Positions 1-10,123 are shown, counted from the first letter of the stretch. The stretch is DNA of 64,000 nt from Planctomycetota bacterium (GCA_038227875.1 JBBRPR010000008.1:64001-128000); one strand, 5' to 3'. Numbers and translations are program-made. Notes: generated from the sequence alone by a model not told the origin.

Positions 1-142
1 GACGTATCGAATTTCTATCGAAAAAAATCGACGAAAGTGACAATGTCCGTCATTTAATTTGCAACGCGCTATAACAAGCAGCGGCAGCCCGTTGATGCAC
101 TTTGGGCTTACGCCGTGACTTTGCTGCGACCGGTGGGCTGTT

Positions 143-1927
143 ATGTGGCGTCAGAATAGTATTAGATTTCAAGCAGCAGCGGTGCGCGTTCTGCACCGCG
201 TGGGGACGCCACAGCGAGTCGGGCGTGGACTGGCCGTCGGTTTGTTCGCCGCAATGGCGCCGATTCCCGGACTGCGCGTGGTGCTCAGCCTGCTCATTGC
301 GACCCTTGTCCGCGGCAGCCGGACGGTGGCGCTTACCACTCAATTCCTGAATCTGCTCATTGGCATCGTCCCGCTGGTCGCCGCGGAATTCTGGATCGGC
401 CGGCTCTTCTATCGCGGCGCCATCGCCACTCAGGCCGACGCGCTGGCGCTGGTCCACACGATCGAAGAGCAGTGGCGTTGGATGCATCCGATCAACTCGT
501 CGATGGAGGCGTGGCTTAATTGCCAGAATGCCGGCCCCGCGGTGATCGGTCCGCTGTTGATTGGCGTGCTGGCGCTCGGCGGAGTGGCCGCGGCGATTGG
601 ATATCCCGTCGGCGTGATTTGCGCGGTGAAATTCTACGTCTACCGACTGCGCCGGAACGTGCGGCGTGGATTGTCACTCCACGCGCCCCGCGGGTTGCTC
701 GTATTGCCATCGCCCACCACCGATGAAGCGCAGATATCGGAAAGCGCCGCGCTGAGGCGCTATGCGCTCCGTCCGCAGACGTACACCCGCGCGGATCGCA
801 TCACGCTTCTACTCGACGGCTGCCAGGCGTATCCGGAGATGCTCCGCGCGATTGCAGAAGCGAAGGAAAGCGTGGCGCTGGAAACATATATATTGCGCGC
901 GGACAAAACAGGCGAAAGTTTCGGTCGGGAACTCGCGAAGGCCGCGCGTCGCGGTGTAAAGGTGCGGTTACTGTACGACTTCGTCGGTGCGCTGGGGTTG
1001 CCGGAGAAGTTCATTCACGAATTGCTCGCCGCGAACGTACGCGTCAGTACGTATCGCCCGCTGACGACAGCGCTGGGGCGCTCGTTGTTTACGTTCCATC
1101 GGCGCGACCATCGGAAAATTCTGGTCGTGGATGATCGCGTCAGCTTCACCGGTGGAATCAACATCAGCCATGACAATGCCGCCGCATGCGACGGCGGAAT
1201 GGCCTGGCGCGACATGCATGTGCGCATCGAAGGTGCGGCTGTCGCGGCGCAATTGAAATCGCTGATCGATGAAACTTGGAAGACCGCCGACGCATTTCCG
1301 CCCATTTCAAAAGTTGATGCGCCGTCGGACGAGCAGCCGGATGAGAAATTTCCCCCGCTGCTGCCGGCAACAAGCAGCGACGTCCTCGTTCAGGTGATCA
1401 ACAACAAGGAATTTCTGCAGCGCTATCGTCTGCGACGGGCGTACCTGCACGCGATCCGTCATGCCCGGCGGTACATTCTGATCGAGAATGCATACTTCGT
1501 TCCCGACCGTGGCGTCCGCCGGGCGCTTTACCGCGCGGTCAAACGTGGCGTCACGGTCTCCGCGGGCGTGGCGATGTACAGCGACGTGAAGATTGTGGCG
1601 ATGGCCTCGCGGGCGCTGTACTCGGAGATGCTCAGCCACGGCGTGCGCCTCTTTGAATACCCGAGAAGCATGCTGCACAGCAAGGTGGCCGTGATCGATG
1701 ACGCGTGGGCGATTGTCAGTTCGTACAATCTCGATCACCGCAGTCTGCGTCACAATCTGGAAGCCGGCGTGCTGATCGTCAACAAACCCTTCGCGGTGGC
1801 GATGCGCGACCAGATTCTCAAGGACATCACGGAGAGCCGGGAAGTCACCCCCGAATTTCACGGCGCGCGGCCCTGGGACGAAGTGCTGATGGAATCGCTG
1901 GCGTACCAGGGGCGGTATTGGCTATAG
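143..1927 (+). CDS. Cardiolipin synthase/phospholipase D family protein with N-terminal DUF2062-like membrane domain
   Basis: Two HKD motifs (DHRKILVVDD, LHSKVAVIDD) and WRDMH. Hydrophobic N-terminus (TPQRVGRGLAVGLFAAMAPIPG) resembles DUF2062. Confidence 0.85.
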   Translation: MWRQNSIRFQAAAVRVLHRVGTPQRVGRGLAVGLFAAMAPIPGLRVVLSLLIATLVRGSRTVALTTQFLNLLIGIVPLVAAEFWIGRLFYRGAIATQADALALVHTIEEQWRWMHPINSSMEAWLNCQNAGPAVIGPLLIGVLALGGVAAAIGYPVGVICAVKFYVYRLRRNVRRGLSLHAPRGLLVLPSPTTDEAQISESAALRRYALRPQTYTRADRITLLLDGCQAYPEMLRAIAEAKESVALETYILRADKTGESFGRELAKAARRGVKVRLLYDFVGALGLPEKFIHELLAANVRVSTYRPLTTALGRSLFTFHRRDHRKILVVDDRVSFTGGINISHDNAAACDGGMAWRDMHVRIEGAAVAAQLKSLIDETWKTADAFPPISKVDAPSDEQPDEKFPPLLPATSSDVLVQVINNKEFLQRYRLRRAYLHAIRHARRYILIENAYFVPDRGVRRALYRAVKRGVTVSAGVAMYSDVKIVAMASRALYSEMLSHGVRLFEYPRSMLHSKVAVIDDAWAIVSSYNLDHRSLRHNLEAGVLIVNKPFAVAMRDQILKDITESREVTPEFHGARPWDEVLMESLAYQGRYWL

Positions 1928-1974
1928 TTCTTCGTAGAATTCATGAGCACTTCAATTGCAGAGGGAATTTTGAA

Positions 1975-2916
1975 ATGACAAACATGCCGCTTCGCGTTCG
2001 TACGCTGGTGCTGGCTGCGCTCGTTGTTGTGGGCCGCTTTGCTTTCGCGGAAGCTCCTGCGGAAGAGCATCCAATGTCTCCGACGGTCGAGGCGGGCGCC
2101 AAGATGGTCGAGCTGTTTACGGAGAAGAATTGGTACGAAGGCCCGTCGTGGGACCCGGCGACCAAGAAGCTCTACTTCACCAAGTACACGAAGCAGAATC
2201 AACAGATCCTCCGCGTCGATGAGCCGGGTAAGACGACGGTGTGGATGGATCACACCGAGGACATTAACGGCACGTACGTCACCCATGAAGGACGGATGCT
2301 GGGCGCGCAGACGAACAAGCATTCCATCGTCAGCATGAAAATCGGCGCGACGGGCCCGGAGGACGTGAAGGTCCTCTTTCATGACGACACTCTGAATCAG
2401 CCCAACGACGTTCGCGAAGCTCCGAACGGCGACGTTTATTTCTCCGATCCCGACTTCGCCAAAAAGAAGAACAGCGCCGTGTATCTGGTCAAGCCCGACG
2501 GCAAAGGCACGAAGATCATCACCGACATGACGCTGCCCAACGGCCTGGTCGTGTCGCTCGACGGCAAGACGCTCTTCGTCAGTGACAGCGCCGAGAAGAC
2601 CTGGCGGGCCTACCCAATCAAGGCGGATGGCACGGTGGGTGAGGGAAAAGTATTCTTCGAACCGAAGACCGCCGACAAGCGCGATCCCGACGGCATGACC
2701 ATCGACGAAAAGGGCAATCTTTACTGCACGGGCCGAGGTGGGGTGTGGGTGGTGTCACCGGAAGGCAAGGAACTCGGCTTGATCCCGTTTAAGGAGCAGA
2801 GTTCCAACGTCTGCTTCGGCGGCGAGGATGGCAAGACGCTGTTTGTCACCAACGGCAATCGCGTGGTATCGCTACAGATGAATGTGTGCGGCGGGCAGTA
2901 CAAGAAGGGCAATTAG
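1975..2916 (+). CDS. Secreted SMP-30/gluconolactonase family beta-propeller protein
   Basis: EGPSW, PND, PNG and PDGMTID motifs. Signal-peptide-like N-terminus. ATG 1975 chosen over the longer ORF start. Confidence 0.85.
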   Translation: MTNMPLRVRTLVLAALVVVGRFAFAEAPAEEHPMSPTVEAGAKMVELFTEKNWYEGPSWDPATKKLYFTKYTKQNQQILRVDEPGKTTVWMDHTEDINGTYVTHEGRMLGAQTNKHSIVSMKIGATGPEDVKVLFHDDTLNQPNDVREAPNGDVYFSDPDFAKKKNSAVYLVKPDGKGTKIITDMTLPNGLVVSLDGKTLFVSDSAEKTWRAYPIKADGTVGEGKVFFEPKTADKRDPDGMTIDEKGNLYCTGRGGVWVVSPEGKELGLIPFKEQSSNVCFGGEDGKTLFVTNGNRVVSLQMNVCGGQYKKGN

Positions 2917-2925
2917 AAATTCAAA

Positions 2926-3135
2926 ATTAAAAATTCAAATACGCACGCGGAAGACAATGGTGCCACGGATGCGCGGACGCTTGAGCGTAGCAAAAACGTC
3001 CGCTCATCCGTGCGTTGCGCGACCTCTTATTCGGAACGCGTAACACACGGATGAATAAGTTTCTTCGCTACGCTCAGAAACTTATGCATCCATGGCACCA
3101 TTTCCTCCGCATACGTATTTTTCTTAATTTTTAAT
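2926..3135. repeat. Long nested imperfect palindrome (REPIN-like) between convergent genes
   Basis: 2937-2972 is an imperfect reverse complement of 3086-3120, and each arm contains its own hairpin. Confidence 0.8.
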
Positions 3136-3141
3136 CGCCCC

Positions 3142-4149
3142 TCACAGATCCTTGAACGCAAACGCCTTGTCGACCGGGATGCTCTTGCCGTCGGCTTCGG
3201 CGTAGGGGTAGATGAAAAAGTTCAGCGGGTCGCCGCTCTGCTTGGGCGCCAGATTCACATCGCGGCCGTTGGTGAAGTGGATTCGGTTGGCGTCGATGTT
3301 GCCGAAGAAGTAGTCCTTCTTCTCCGGATGCTTCTGCGCTTCCGACGCGTCCAGCGGCACCCAGCCAATGCCGCTGAGGTACGTCTTGGCCCAGCAATGG
3401 TAGCCACCGATCGGGCCGGTTTTGGTTTCGGGCTTGTCGGCGACGACATCGGGCAGCGGGAAACCCATCTCAAATTTCACCGGCACACCTTTGGTGCGGC
3501 CGATGGACATGACCAGCGCATGAAAATCCGTGCAGTTTCCAAACTTGGAATCGCACGCCCACTGCGTGCTGCCCGTGCCCCAACCTGGCTTGTCCTTGGG
3601 CTTGTCGTACTTCATGGAGCCCACGGCGTAGTCGTAAGCGGCCTTGGCGATCGCGGGCGGCGTTTTGGCACCATTAATTGCGGCGTCCGCGGTCTCCGTG
3701 AACTTTCCGCCGACCAGCACGAGCTTGTTGGCCTTCAGGTATTCGGCGTACTTCGTCTTTTCGTCGTCGCTGAGTTCACGCGCCTTGTCGATGTCCTTTG
3801 CGCTGATTTCGTGGCGATTGCATTCGACGGACATCGTCACGGTGAAGCCTTTGGCCTTGGCCGCATCGAGTTTCCAATGCGCCATCAGATTGTTCTGCAC
3901 GGGATCGGCGGCAACTTCGGGATGATCCGGACCGGAAAACTGGATGTTGCCGATTTCCTGATAGGTGTCCGTCTGCGGGACCGGGATCCACAGGTCGACG
4001 CTCTTCACGCCTTCCGGGACATCCTTAATTGTAGCTGTATACATGAACTGAAACTTGCGCGAATGAGCGCCGACGGGGACGTTTTCATCGGCAGCCTGAA
4101 CCAGGAGAGCGCCGCACATATATACGGGAACCAGTAGAGCGAGTCGCAC
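3142..4149 (-). CDS. Secreted transglutaminase-like domain protein
   Basis: Catalytic triad motifs GNCTDFH, YHCWA and WVPLD. GTG start at 4149 with a GGAGG RBS. Confidence 0.85.
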   Translation of the reverse strand: MRLALLVPVYMCGALLVQAADENVPVGAHSRKFQFMYTATIKDVPEGVKSVDLWIPVPQTDTYQEIGNIQFSGPDHPEVAADPVQNNLMAHWKLDAAKAKGFTVTMSVECNRHEISAKDIDKARELSDDEKTKYAEYLKANKLVLVGGKFTETADAAINGAKTPPAIAKAAYDYAVGSMKYDKPKDKPGWGTGSTQWACDSKFGNCTDFHALVMSIGRTKGVPVKFEMGFPLPDVVADKPETKTGPIGGYHCWAKTYLSGIGWVPLDASEAQKHPEKKDYFFGNIDANRIHFTNGRDVNLAPKQSGDPLNFFIYPYAEADGKSIPVDKAFAFKDL

Positions 4150-4339
4150 AGTAGAAACCTCCAAAAAAGGATTATGAGCTACGCATAACCTATGCAGGCA
4201 GGGCGATATTCCAAGTAGGTTTGTCAAAACGACACATTGAAATTTCCCAGGACAAATTGATCCTGGCGAAACGTCGTGAGTCAACGGCTTCCGCTAATTT
4301 AAGTTCAAGGTCTTCAAGCAATTACGCAGTTGAGTCGCT

Positions 4340-4355
4340 TGGCACGGCTGATGCT
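4340..4355 (+). promoter_or_regulatory. Putative sigma54 (-24/-12) promoter of the Hsp20 pair
   Basis: TGGCACGGCTGATGCT, GG-N10-GC, about 60 bp upstream of the ATG. Confidence 0.6.
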
Positions 4356-4412
4356 TTCCTGTTTCACGTGTTGAACGTCAAACACAGTCGAAAAATCAGG
4401 GAGGACAAAACG

Positions 4413-4826
4413 ATGGTTACATGGGACCCCATTCGAGAACTTGAACGCTTCCAGCATGAACTGGATCACCTCTTCACCGGGCCAAGCGGCACGGTACATC
4501 AATATCCGTCCGTCAATGTATGGACCACCGAAAATGAAGCGTATCTGACCGCGGAATTGCCGGGCATGGAAGCCAGCGATCTCGACATTTCCGTGCTGGG
4601 TCAGAAGGTCACGCTCAGCGGCAAGCGCCAGCCTCGCGAGATGAACGAAAACGAACGACTTCACCGGCGCGAAAGACTGTCGGGAACCTTTACCCGCACG
4701 TTGCAGATGCCCTTTCGAGTGGATGCAGAGAAGGTCGCGGCTCAATTGGAAAATGGTGTGCTGACCGTAACGCTGCCGCGCGCCGAAGACGATAAGCCGA
4801 AGAAGATTTCCATCCAAATCGCCTGA
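4413..4826 (+). CDS. Hsp20/alpha-crystallin small heat shock protein
   Basis: AELPGM, RRER..G.F.R and ENGVLTVTLP motifs. GGAGG RBS. Confidence 0.95.
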   Translation: MVTWDPIRELERFQHELDHLFTGPSGTVHQYPSVNVWTTENEAYLTAELPGMEASDLDISVLGQKVTLSGKRQPREMNENERLHRRERLSGTFTRTLQMPFRVDAEKVAAQLENGVLTVTLPRAEDDKPKKISIQIA

Positions 4827-4861
4827 TAAAATCATCAACCAGAGTCACTTTTTGAAGGAGC

Positions 4862-5284
4862 ATGACCATGACCGAAGCAACACCGACCACACCCGCGAAC
4901 ACGGAACTGAAAACGCCGGAGGTTCAGTCCGCCGAATCGCCGCGCGCGCGCCGGGTTTTCATGCCCCGCGCGGATATCTATGAGACGCCGGAAGCCATCG
5001 TGGTTCTGGCTGAAATGCCCGGAGTAGACGAGAAGCGCGTCGACATCACAGTGGAGAAGAACATCCTGACGCTCAGCGGCCGGGTCGATCCAGGTCCGTT
5101 GCCGCACGGCGCGCGTCTCGCCTATGAAGAGTACGAAATCGGCGACTATCGCCGCTCCTTTACGCTCACCGATCAGGTCGACAAGGAACGTATCGAAGCG
5201 TCGTTGAAGCAGGGCGTGCTGAAAGTTACGCTGTCGAAGATCGCCCCGGCCCAGCCGAAGAAGATCAGCGTAAAAGTGAACTAA
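4862..5284 (+). CDS. Hsp20/alpha-crystallin small heat shock protein (second of tandem pair)
   Basis: P.ADIYET, AEMPGV, YRRSFTL and QGVLKVTL motifs. AAGGAG RBS. Confidence 0.95.
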   Translation: MTMTEATPTTPANTELKTPEVQSAESPRARRVFMPRADIYETPEAIVVLAEMPGVDEKRVDITVEKNILTLSGRVDPGPLPHGARLAYEEYEIGDYRRSFTLTDQVDKERIEASLKQGVLKVTLSKIAPAQPKKISVKVN

Positions 5285-5295
5285 TTACTTCGTGC

Positions 5296-5325
5296 GTTGC
5301 GTGAGCCGCGAAAGGCTCACGCAAC
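5296..5325. terminator. Hairpin between convergent genes, probable terminator
   Basis: 12-bp stem GTTGCGTGAGCC/GGCTCACGCAAC. Confidence 0.65.
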
Positions 5326-5338
5326 ACCGAGGTATTGT

Positions 5339-6343
5339 TCAGGTGACCCAGCGCCGCTGACGCAGGGTGGCGATCAGGACTTTTTCGATCGACGTATCGC
5401 AACGCTCAAACAGACACGCGCCGCCGCGCCGCTTGAAGGCTTCTTCGACGGTCTGGCGGTGGGCTTCCAGTTCGTGCGTGTAGCGCAACCCGAGATCGCC
5501 GGACGCGGAGAGCGTGACCTCGCCGTCTTCTTCCACGGAGCGGGCGAGCAGTTCCCCTTCGACGTCCGGCTGTAGCTCCTCCGGCGCGAGCACGTGAATG
5601 CCGGAGATGTCGTACCCCGCCGCGGAGAGCCGGGCGAGAGCCGCCACGACTTCTTCTTCTGCTTGCCAGAAGTCGCTGATGACGATCGTCCGCCCGCGCG
5701 CGGAGCTGTGCTTTAGAAAATTGGAGACGGCTTTCGCGAGAAATTGTTCCGGCGCCGCGGATGCTCCCACTTCACGCCCAGGAACGACTGGCGCGACCGG
5801 GAGCGCCGCGTCCACTTCGGCCTTCTCCAGAAAATCCATGCAGACGCGAATTCCGCCCTTGGTGCCGCGCTTGGGAAATTGCTCCAACGTGCCATCGCCG
5901 CGGAAGACGTAGAAGTACACGCTGTCCTTGCTCGCATACGCCACGTGCGCGAACAACGCCGCGACACGCCGCGCGAACGTCCACTTCGACGGTGTCCCGA
6001 GACTCATCGACGGCGTCGCATCGAGCAGGATGTGGAGCACGCCTGCCTCTTCGCGCGCGAATTCTTTCACGTACGGTTTGCCCAGACGCGCGTACGTATT
6101 CCAGTCGACGTAGCGCAGCTCATCGCCAGGCGAGTAACTGCGGTGCCCGTGAAATTCCAACTGCCCGCCCTTGTACGCGCCGAGCCGATGCCCTTCGCGC
6201 AACCCGCCGCCCATGGCCTTGAGCGCGACGAGCCGCAATCTTTCCAGCGACGCCAGAAAATCCGGCGGAAAGACAAGGTCGCTGTGCGCGGCGGACTTCT
6301 GCGCGCGCGGGGAGAGTGAGAGGAGGCGGTCGAACCAGCTCAT
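5339..6343 (-). CDS. DUF58 family (VWA-like, MoxR-associated) protein
   Basis: EF..HRSYSPGDELRYVDWN, LLDATPSM and ISDF motifs. Confidence 0.9.
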   Translation of the reverse strand: MSWFDRLLSLSPRAQKSAAHSDLVFPPDFLASLERLRLVALKAMGGGLREGHRLGAYKGGQLEFHGHRSYSPGDELRYVDWNTYARLGKPYVKEFAREEAGVLHILLDATPSMSLGTPSKWTFARRVAALFAHVAYASKDSVYFYVFRGDGTLEQFPKRGTKGGIRVCMDFLEKAEVDAALPVAPVVPGREVGASAAPEQFLAKAVSNFLKHSSARGRTIVISDFWQAEEEVVAALARLSAAGYDISGIHVLAPEELQPDVEGELLARSVEEDGEVTLSASGDLGLRYTHELEAHRQTVEEAFKRRGGACLFERCDTSIEKVLIATLRQRRWVT

Positions 6344-6358
6344 CGAAAGCCCTCTTAA

Positions 6359-6510
6359 ATCTCACGCAAAGCCGCAAAGACGCCAAGAACTGCAAAAGAA
6401 CTGATGGGACTTTTACTTTCAGTTCCCTAGCCCCGATCCACGGCCCCAGACCCATTAATTTAGCAGTTGTTCTTTCCTGTTCTTTGCGTCTTAGCGGCTT
6501 TGCGTGAGAT
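6359..6510. repeat. Intergenic inverted repeat built from CGCAAAGNC-type 9-mers
   Basis: ATCTCACGCAAAGCCGCAAAGACGCCAAGAAC pairs with GTTCTTTGCGTCTTAGCGGCTTTGCGTGAGAT. Confidence 0.8.
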
Positions 6511-6520
6511 CAAAAACACT

Positions 6521-7495
6521 TCACAACAACCCGCACGCCCGCTTCGCCTCGTCCAGGGTCTGTCTTGCCAGCGCCCGCGCTTTGGTGGCGCCGTCGCGCA
6601 GGACTTGTTCGACGACTTCCGGCTTGGCGATCAGTTCCGCGCGCTTCTTGCGGTAGTCGGCGAAGTAAGAGAGCACTTTTTCCAGGAGCAGTTTCTTGGC
6701 GTCGCCATAACCCATGCCGCCGGCGCGGTAGCGGTCGGCGAGCGCTTTCTTCTCGTCGTCGCTCGCGAAGAGTGAGTACAGCGCGTAGACGTTGTCCGTG
6801 TCGGGATTCTTGGGCTGGTCGACGGGCGTGCTATCGGTCTTCACGGACATGACGACCTTCTTTAATTCTTTCTCTTCGGCCTGCAGGTCGATCGTGTTGC
6901 CGTACGACTTGCTCATTTTTTCGCCGTCAATGCCGGGAACCTTGGGCGTCGAACTGAGCTTGGTCTCGGGACGGACAAAAACTTTCGTCTTGTACGTCTC
7001 GTTAAAATACGTCGCCATGTCCTGCGTCATTTCGACGTGCTGAACCTGATCCTGCCCCACGGGCACGAGGTCCGACTTGTAGATCAGAATGTCCGCGGCC
7101 ATCAAGACGGGATAGTAGAACAAACCGACGCTGGGCTTGATGCCCTTCTGCAATTTGTCCTTATAGCTGTGGGCGCGTTCCAGCAATCCCATGCCGGTGA
7201 CCGTCGAGAGCAGCCACGCCAGTTCGGTTACTTCGGGCACGTCGCTCTGGCGGAAGAACGTCGACTTCTGCGGATCGAGTCCCAGCGCGAGATAATCGAG
7301 CGCGACGCCGTGGACGAATTCGCGGAGCTTTGCGGCGTCCTGGACGGTCGTTAGCGAATGGAAATCGGCGATGAAGTAGAAGCGCTCGGCATCGGGGATT
7401 TCCTGCAGAGCGATGTGCTGCTTCACGGCGCCGAAGTAGTTGCCGAGATGAAGTTTTCCGGACGGCTGGACGCCGGAAAGAATGCGTTTACCCAT
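6521..7495 (-). CDS. trpS: Tryptophan--tRNA ligase
   Basis: SGVQPSGKLHLGNY (HIGH), VPVGQDQ and KMSKS motifs. Confidence 0.97.
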   Translation of the reverse strand: MGKRILSGVQPSGKLHLGNYFGAVKQHIALQEIPDAERFYFIADFHSLTTVQDAAKLREFVHGVALDYLALGLDPQKSTFFRQSDVPEVTELAWLLSTVTGMGLLERAHSYKDKLQKGIKPSVGLFYYPVLMAADILIYKSDLVPVGQDQVQHVEMTQDMATYFNETYKTKVFVRPETKLSSTPKVPGIDGEKMSKSYGNTIDLQAEEKELKKVVMSVKTDSTPVDQPKNPDTDNVYALYSLFASDDEKKALADRYRAGGMGYGDAKKLLLEKVLSYFADYRKKRAELIAKPEVVEQVLRDGATKARALARQTLDEAKRACGLL

Positions 7496-7536
7496 GGAGC
7501 GTTGTGACCCTTCGAAAACAGGTGTATCGTTAACAA

Positions 7537-7562
7537 CAGCGCCCGGACCTATCCGGGCGCTG
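7537..7562 (-). terminator. Probable intrinsic terminator hairpin
   Basis: CAGCGCCCGGA-CCTA-TCCGGGCGCTG, followed on the minus strand by TTGTT. Confidence 0.55.
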
Positions 7563-7593
7563 CTGCAGTATACCTCATGAATGGTCCTTCGCG

Positions 7594-8967
7594 CTACTGA
7601 TCGTCTTTGGTGTTGTCGCGCGTGGGGAAGCTGACGAATTCGTCGCTGCGGAAAGGGGAGGCGGGGAGACCTTCCTTATTGGTGAGATTGCAGACCGGGT
7701 TGTTCTCGAACGCGTAACGCACGGCGACCGGCGAGGCCACCGAAGCGCTGGTAACGATGACCTTGTCGCCTTCGATTTTTGCCTCAGCGCGGACGAACTT
7801 CTTGTCAGCGCCGCAAATCACGAAACCCATGACTTTCTCGCCGCCTTTGGCGACGAGACCACCGCCGACGTGCTTAAAGGCAACGACGGCTTTGTTTCCT
7901 TCGAATTTGACCGTGTCGAAAATCGGGCCGGAATATTCGATCTTCTCACCGTAGGCCAGACCGCGAGCGGCGATCGCGAGGCGCTCCCCGACGGGCTTCT
8001 TGTTGGGGTAGTGAACGTCGGCGACGATGCCCAGGTCGATGGTGACGACCAGGCCCGTGTTGGGAATCGCCGTAAGCGCTTTGAACTGTGCTTCGCGGAG
8101 CGTGCAATCTTTACCCACGCTGGGTTCTGGCGTCTGTGCGTGCCAATTGGCGAGCTGGACGACGATGAACGGGAAATCGCCCTGTCCCCAGCGGCCTCGC
8201 CAATCGGCGACCAGCGCCGAGAGGAGCTTGCGATACGTGATCGGGAAATCGCGGTTGCCTTCGCCCTGGTACCAGAGCGCGCCCTTGATGCCGTAACCAA
8301 TCAAGCCAGCGATCTTTTCGTCGTAGACATCGTGGCGTGGTACGTCGTGAAGCTTGATCGCTTCGGCGATGTCCGGCTTCGCCAGCTCTTCGGGACTCAT
8401 GAATTGTTCGATGCACGCGCCGCTGAGGGAATTTTCGATGATGCCGACCGGCACTTTCAAATGTTCCTGCAAATCCGCGGCGAAGTAGTACGCAGCCGCC
8501 GAGAAGTTGCCGCCAACATTTGGAGCAACGATGCGCCAGCTTCCTGTGTCCTGCAGATAGCGAATCTTTGGGTTGTTCATTTTGGCGACTTCAGCTGCGC
8601 CGTCGGTGGCGCGGCTGAGCGGGAAGCGCATGTTCGACTGGCCCGATGCGACCCAGACTTCGCCGACAAGCACGTCCTTGATCGTGATCGTATTCTTGCC
8701 CGTGATTTTCAATTCGAACGGGCCGCCGGCTTTCATCGCGTCGAGTTTCGCGAGCCACTTGCCGTCCTTGGCGGCGGTCGCGGTCTTCTTCTGGCCGTTG
8801 ATTTCAACCGTGACCTGTTCGCCCGCCGCTGCCGTCCCGAAAACAGGCGCGGCCATATCGGCCTGCAGAACCATGTGATCGGAGAACATGAACGGTACTT
8901 TCACATCGGCATGAACACACGTGGTGAAAATGAGCAGGGCACAGCACGCGAGAAGCTTGACGGTCAT
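7594..8967 (-). CDS. Secreted sialate O-acetylesterase (SASA) family protein
   Basis: FSDHMVLQ, GEVWVASGQSNM, WYQGE, DVHYPNK and VAVRYA motifs. Confidence 0.9.
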   Translation of the reverse strand: MTVKLLACCALLIFTTCVHADVKVPFMFSDHMVLQADMAAPVFGTAAAGEQVTVEINGQKKTATAAKDGKWLAKLDAMKAGGPFELKITGKNTITIKDVLVGEVWVASGQSNMRFPLSRATDGAAEVAKMNNPKIRYLQDTGSWRIVAPNVGGNFSAAAYYFAADLQEHLKVPVGIIENSLSGACIEQFMSPEELAKPDIAEAIKLHDVPRHDVYDEKIAGLIGYGIKGALWYQGEGNRDFPITYRKLLSALVADWRGRWGQGDFPFIVVQLANWHAQTPEPSVGKDCTLREAQFKALTAIPNTGLVVTIDLGIVADVHYPNKKPVGERLAIAARGLAYGEKIEYSGPIFDTVKFEGNKAVVAFKHVGGGLVAKGGEKVMGFVICGADKKFVRAEAKIEGDKVIVTSASVASPVAVRYAFENNPVCNLTNKEGLPASPFRSDEFVSFPTRDNTKDDQ

Positions 8968-9073
8968 TGATGATCTCCAGGATTTTCGAACGCCGTACTG
9001 CTTACCCCGTGGCGCGGCGTTTGTTCAGGATTTTATGACGGACATCTACCAGTGGTAAATTTTGAACGTGAAG

Positions 9074-10123
9074 TTAATTGCCGTTCTTGGGCGGCGCGGG
9101 TTTCATGGCCGGCGCGAGCGCGGCGCGGACATTTACCGTGGGCAGTGTAGTATTTTTTACGCCACGAACTTGGATCCGCGGCGGCGCGACCCATTGCAGT
9201 TTCACCGGGTGCGGACCAACCGTGACGTTCGGATCCTTCGGCCGGTCCAGCGTGCTCGGCCATTCCACATACAGCAAAATCTTGGACTGAATATCGGGCA
9301 CCGACAGTTCCTGATCGTCGCCGACGAGCTCGACTTCAACGGTCTTCGGATCGGCTTGCAGCGCAATCCCGTCGGGCGCGAATGTACGGATGTCGACGGA
9401 GAGCACGCGCGTCGCTTCCGGCGGTCGGATGGGAATGGTGACGCGCACGCGCTGGTTGCAACGGAATGGAATCACCCGCCCAAAGATTTCCACCGACTGG
9501 ACGACGCCGACTTCGCGGACGAGATCCTGATCGAGATCGGTGACGTCGAGTTCTTCGGTGTAGACGTTCTGAATGTGATCGACCTCATCGCTGGACGCTT
9601 CGATGTTCACCTTCTCCGGTTCGCAGCGCCATTTGCCGATCAGAAAACCCGCGCGTGGTTCGCCGCGGTGTTTGACCAGCACGCTCTTGGATTTCGAGAC
9701 GATTTCCACCAACTCGACGGCAGCATCGGGACTGTCCTTGGGCGAAATGCTGATGATGTCGAAATTCGCTTCGGCATCGGCGTCCGTCGGCGTGAAGTTG
9801 ATCACGTTGCGGCCGGGCTGCGGATTTTCGAGCTGCTTTTTCTTGAACGAGATGTTCTCTGGACTGACCAGCGGCAGCCGGCTGCGCGGTCCGCGCACGA
9901 TCACGCGGAGTTTGGGCAGCGGCGAATCTGGAGCCAGTTCCAGATTGGAGGGCAGCACCAGGTCCGTGGGACGCAGCGAGACGACCAGGTCGATCTGCCC
10001 ACTGAGTTCGCCGTCGATGTAGAACCACATCAGAATGGCAAACGCCAGGCAGATGAATTTCAGCACCCAATCTTCAAAAAGCGCCGCGCGCAGAAAGCGG
10101 GTGAGCAACGGAAATCGGACCAT
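9074..10123 (-). CDS. CdaR/YbbR-like membrane-anchored protein
   Basis: N-terminal TM (WVLKFICLAFAILMWFYI), beta-rich repeats, directly downstream of cdaA. Confidence 0.7.
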   Translation of the reverse strand: MVRFPLLTRFLRAALFEDWVLKFICLAFAILMWFYIDGELSGQIDLVVSLRPTDLVLPSNLELAPDSPLPKLRVIVRGPRSRLPLVSPENISFKKKQLENPQPGRNVINFTPTDADAEANFDIISISPKDSPDAAVELVEIVSKSKSVLVKHRGEPRAGFLIGKWRCEPEKVNIEASSDEVDHIQNVYTEELDVTDLDQDLVREVGVVQSVEIFGRVIPFRCNQRVRVTIPIRPPEATRVLSVDIRTFAPDGIALQADPKTVEVELVGDDQELSVPDIQSKILLYVEWPSTLDRPKDPNVTVGPHPVKLQWVAPPRIQVRGVKNTTLPTVNVRAALAPAMKPAPPKNGN

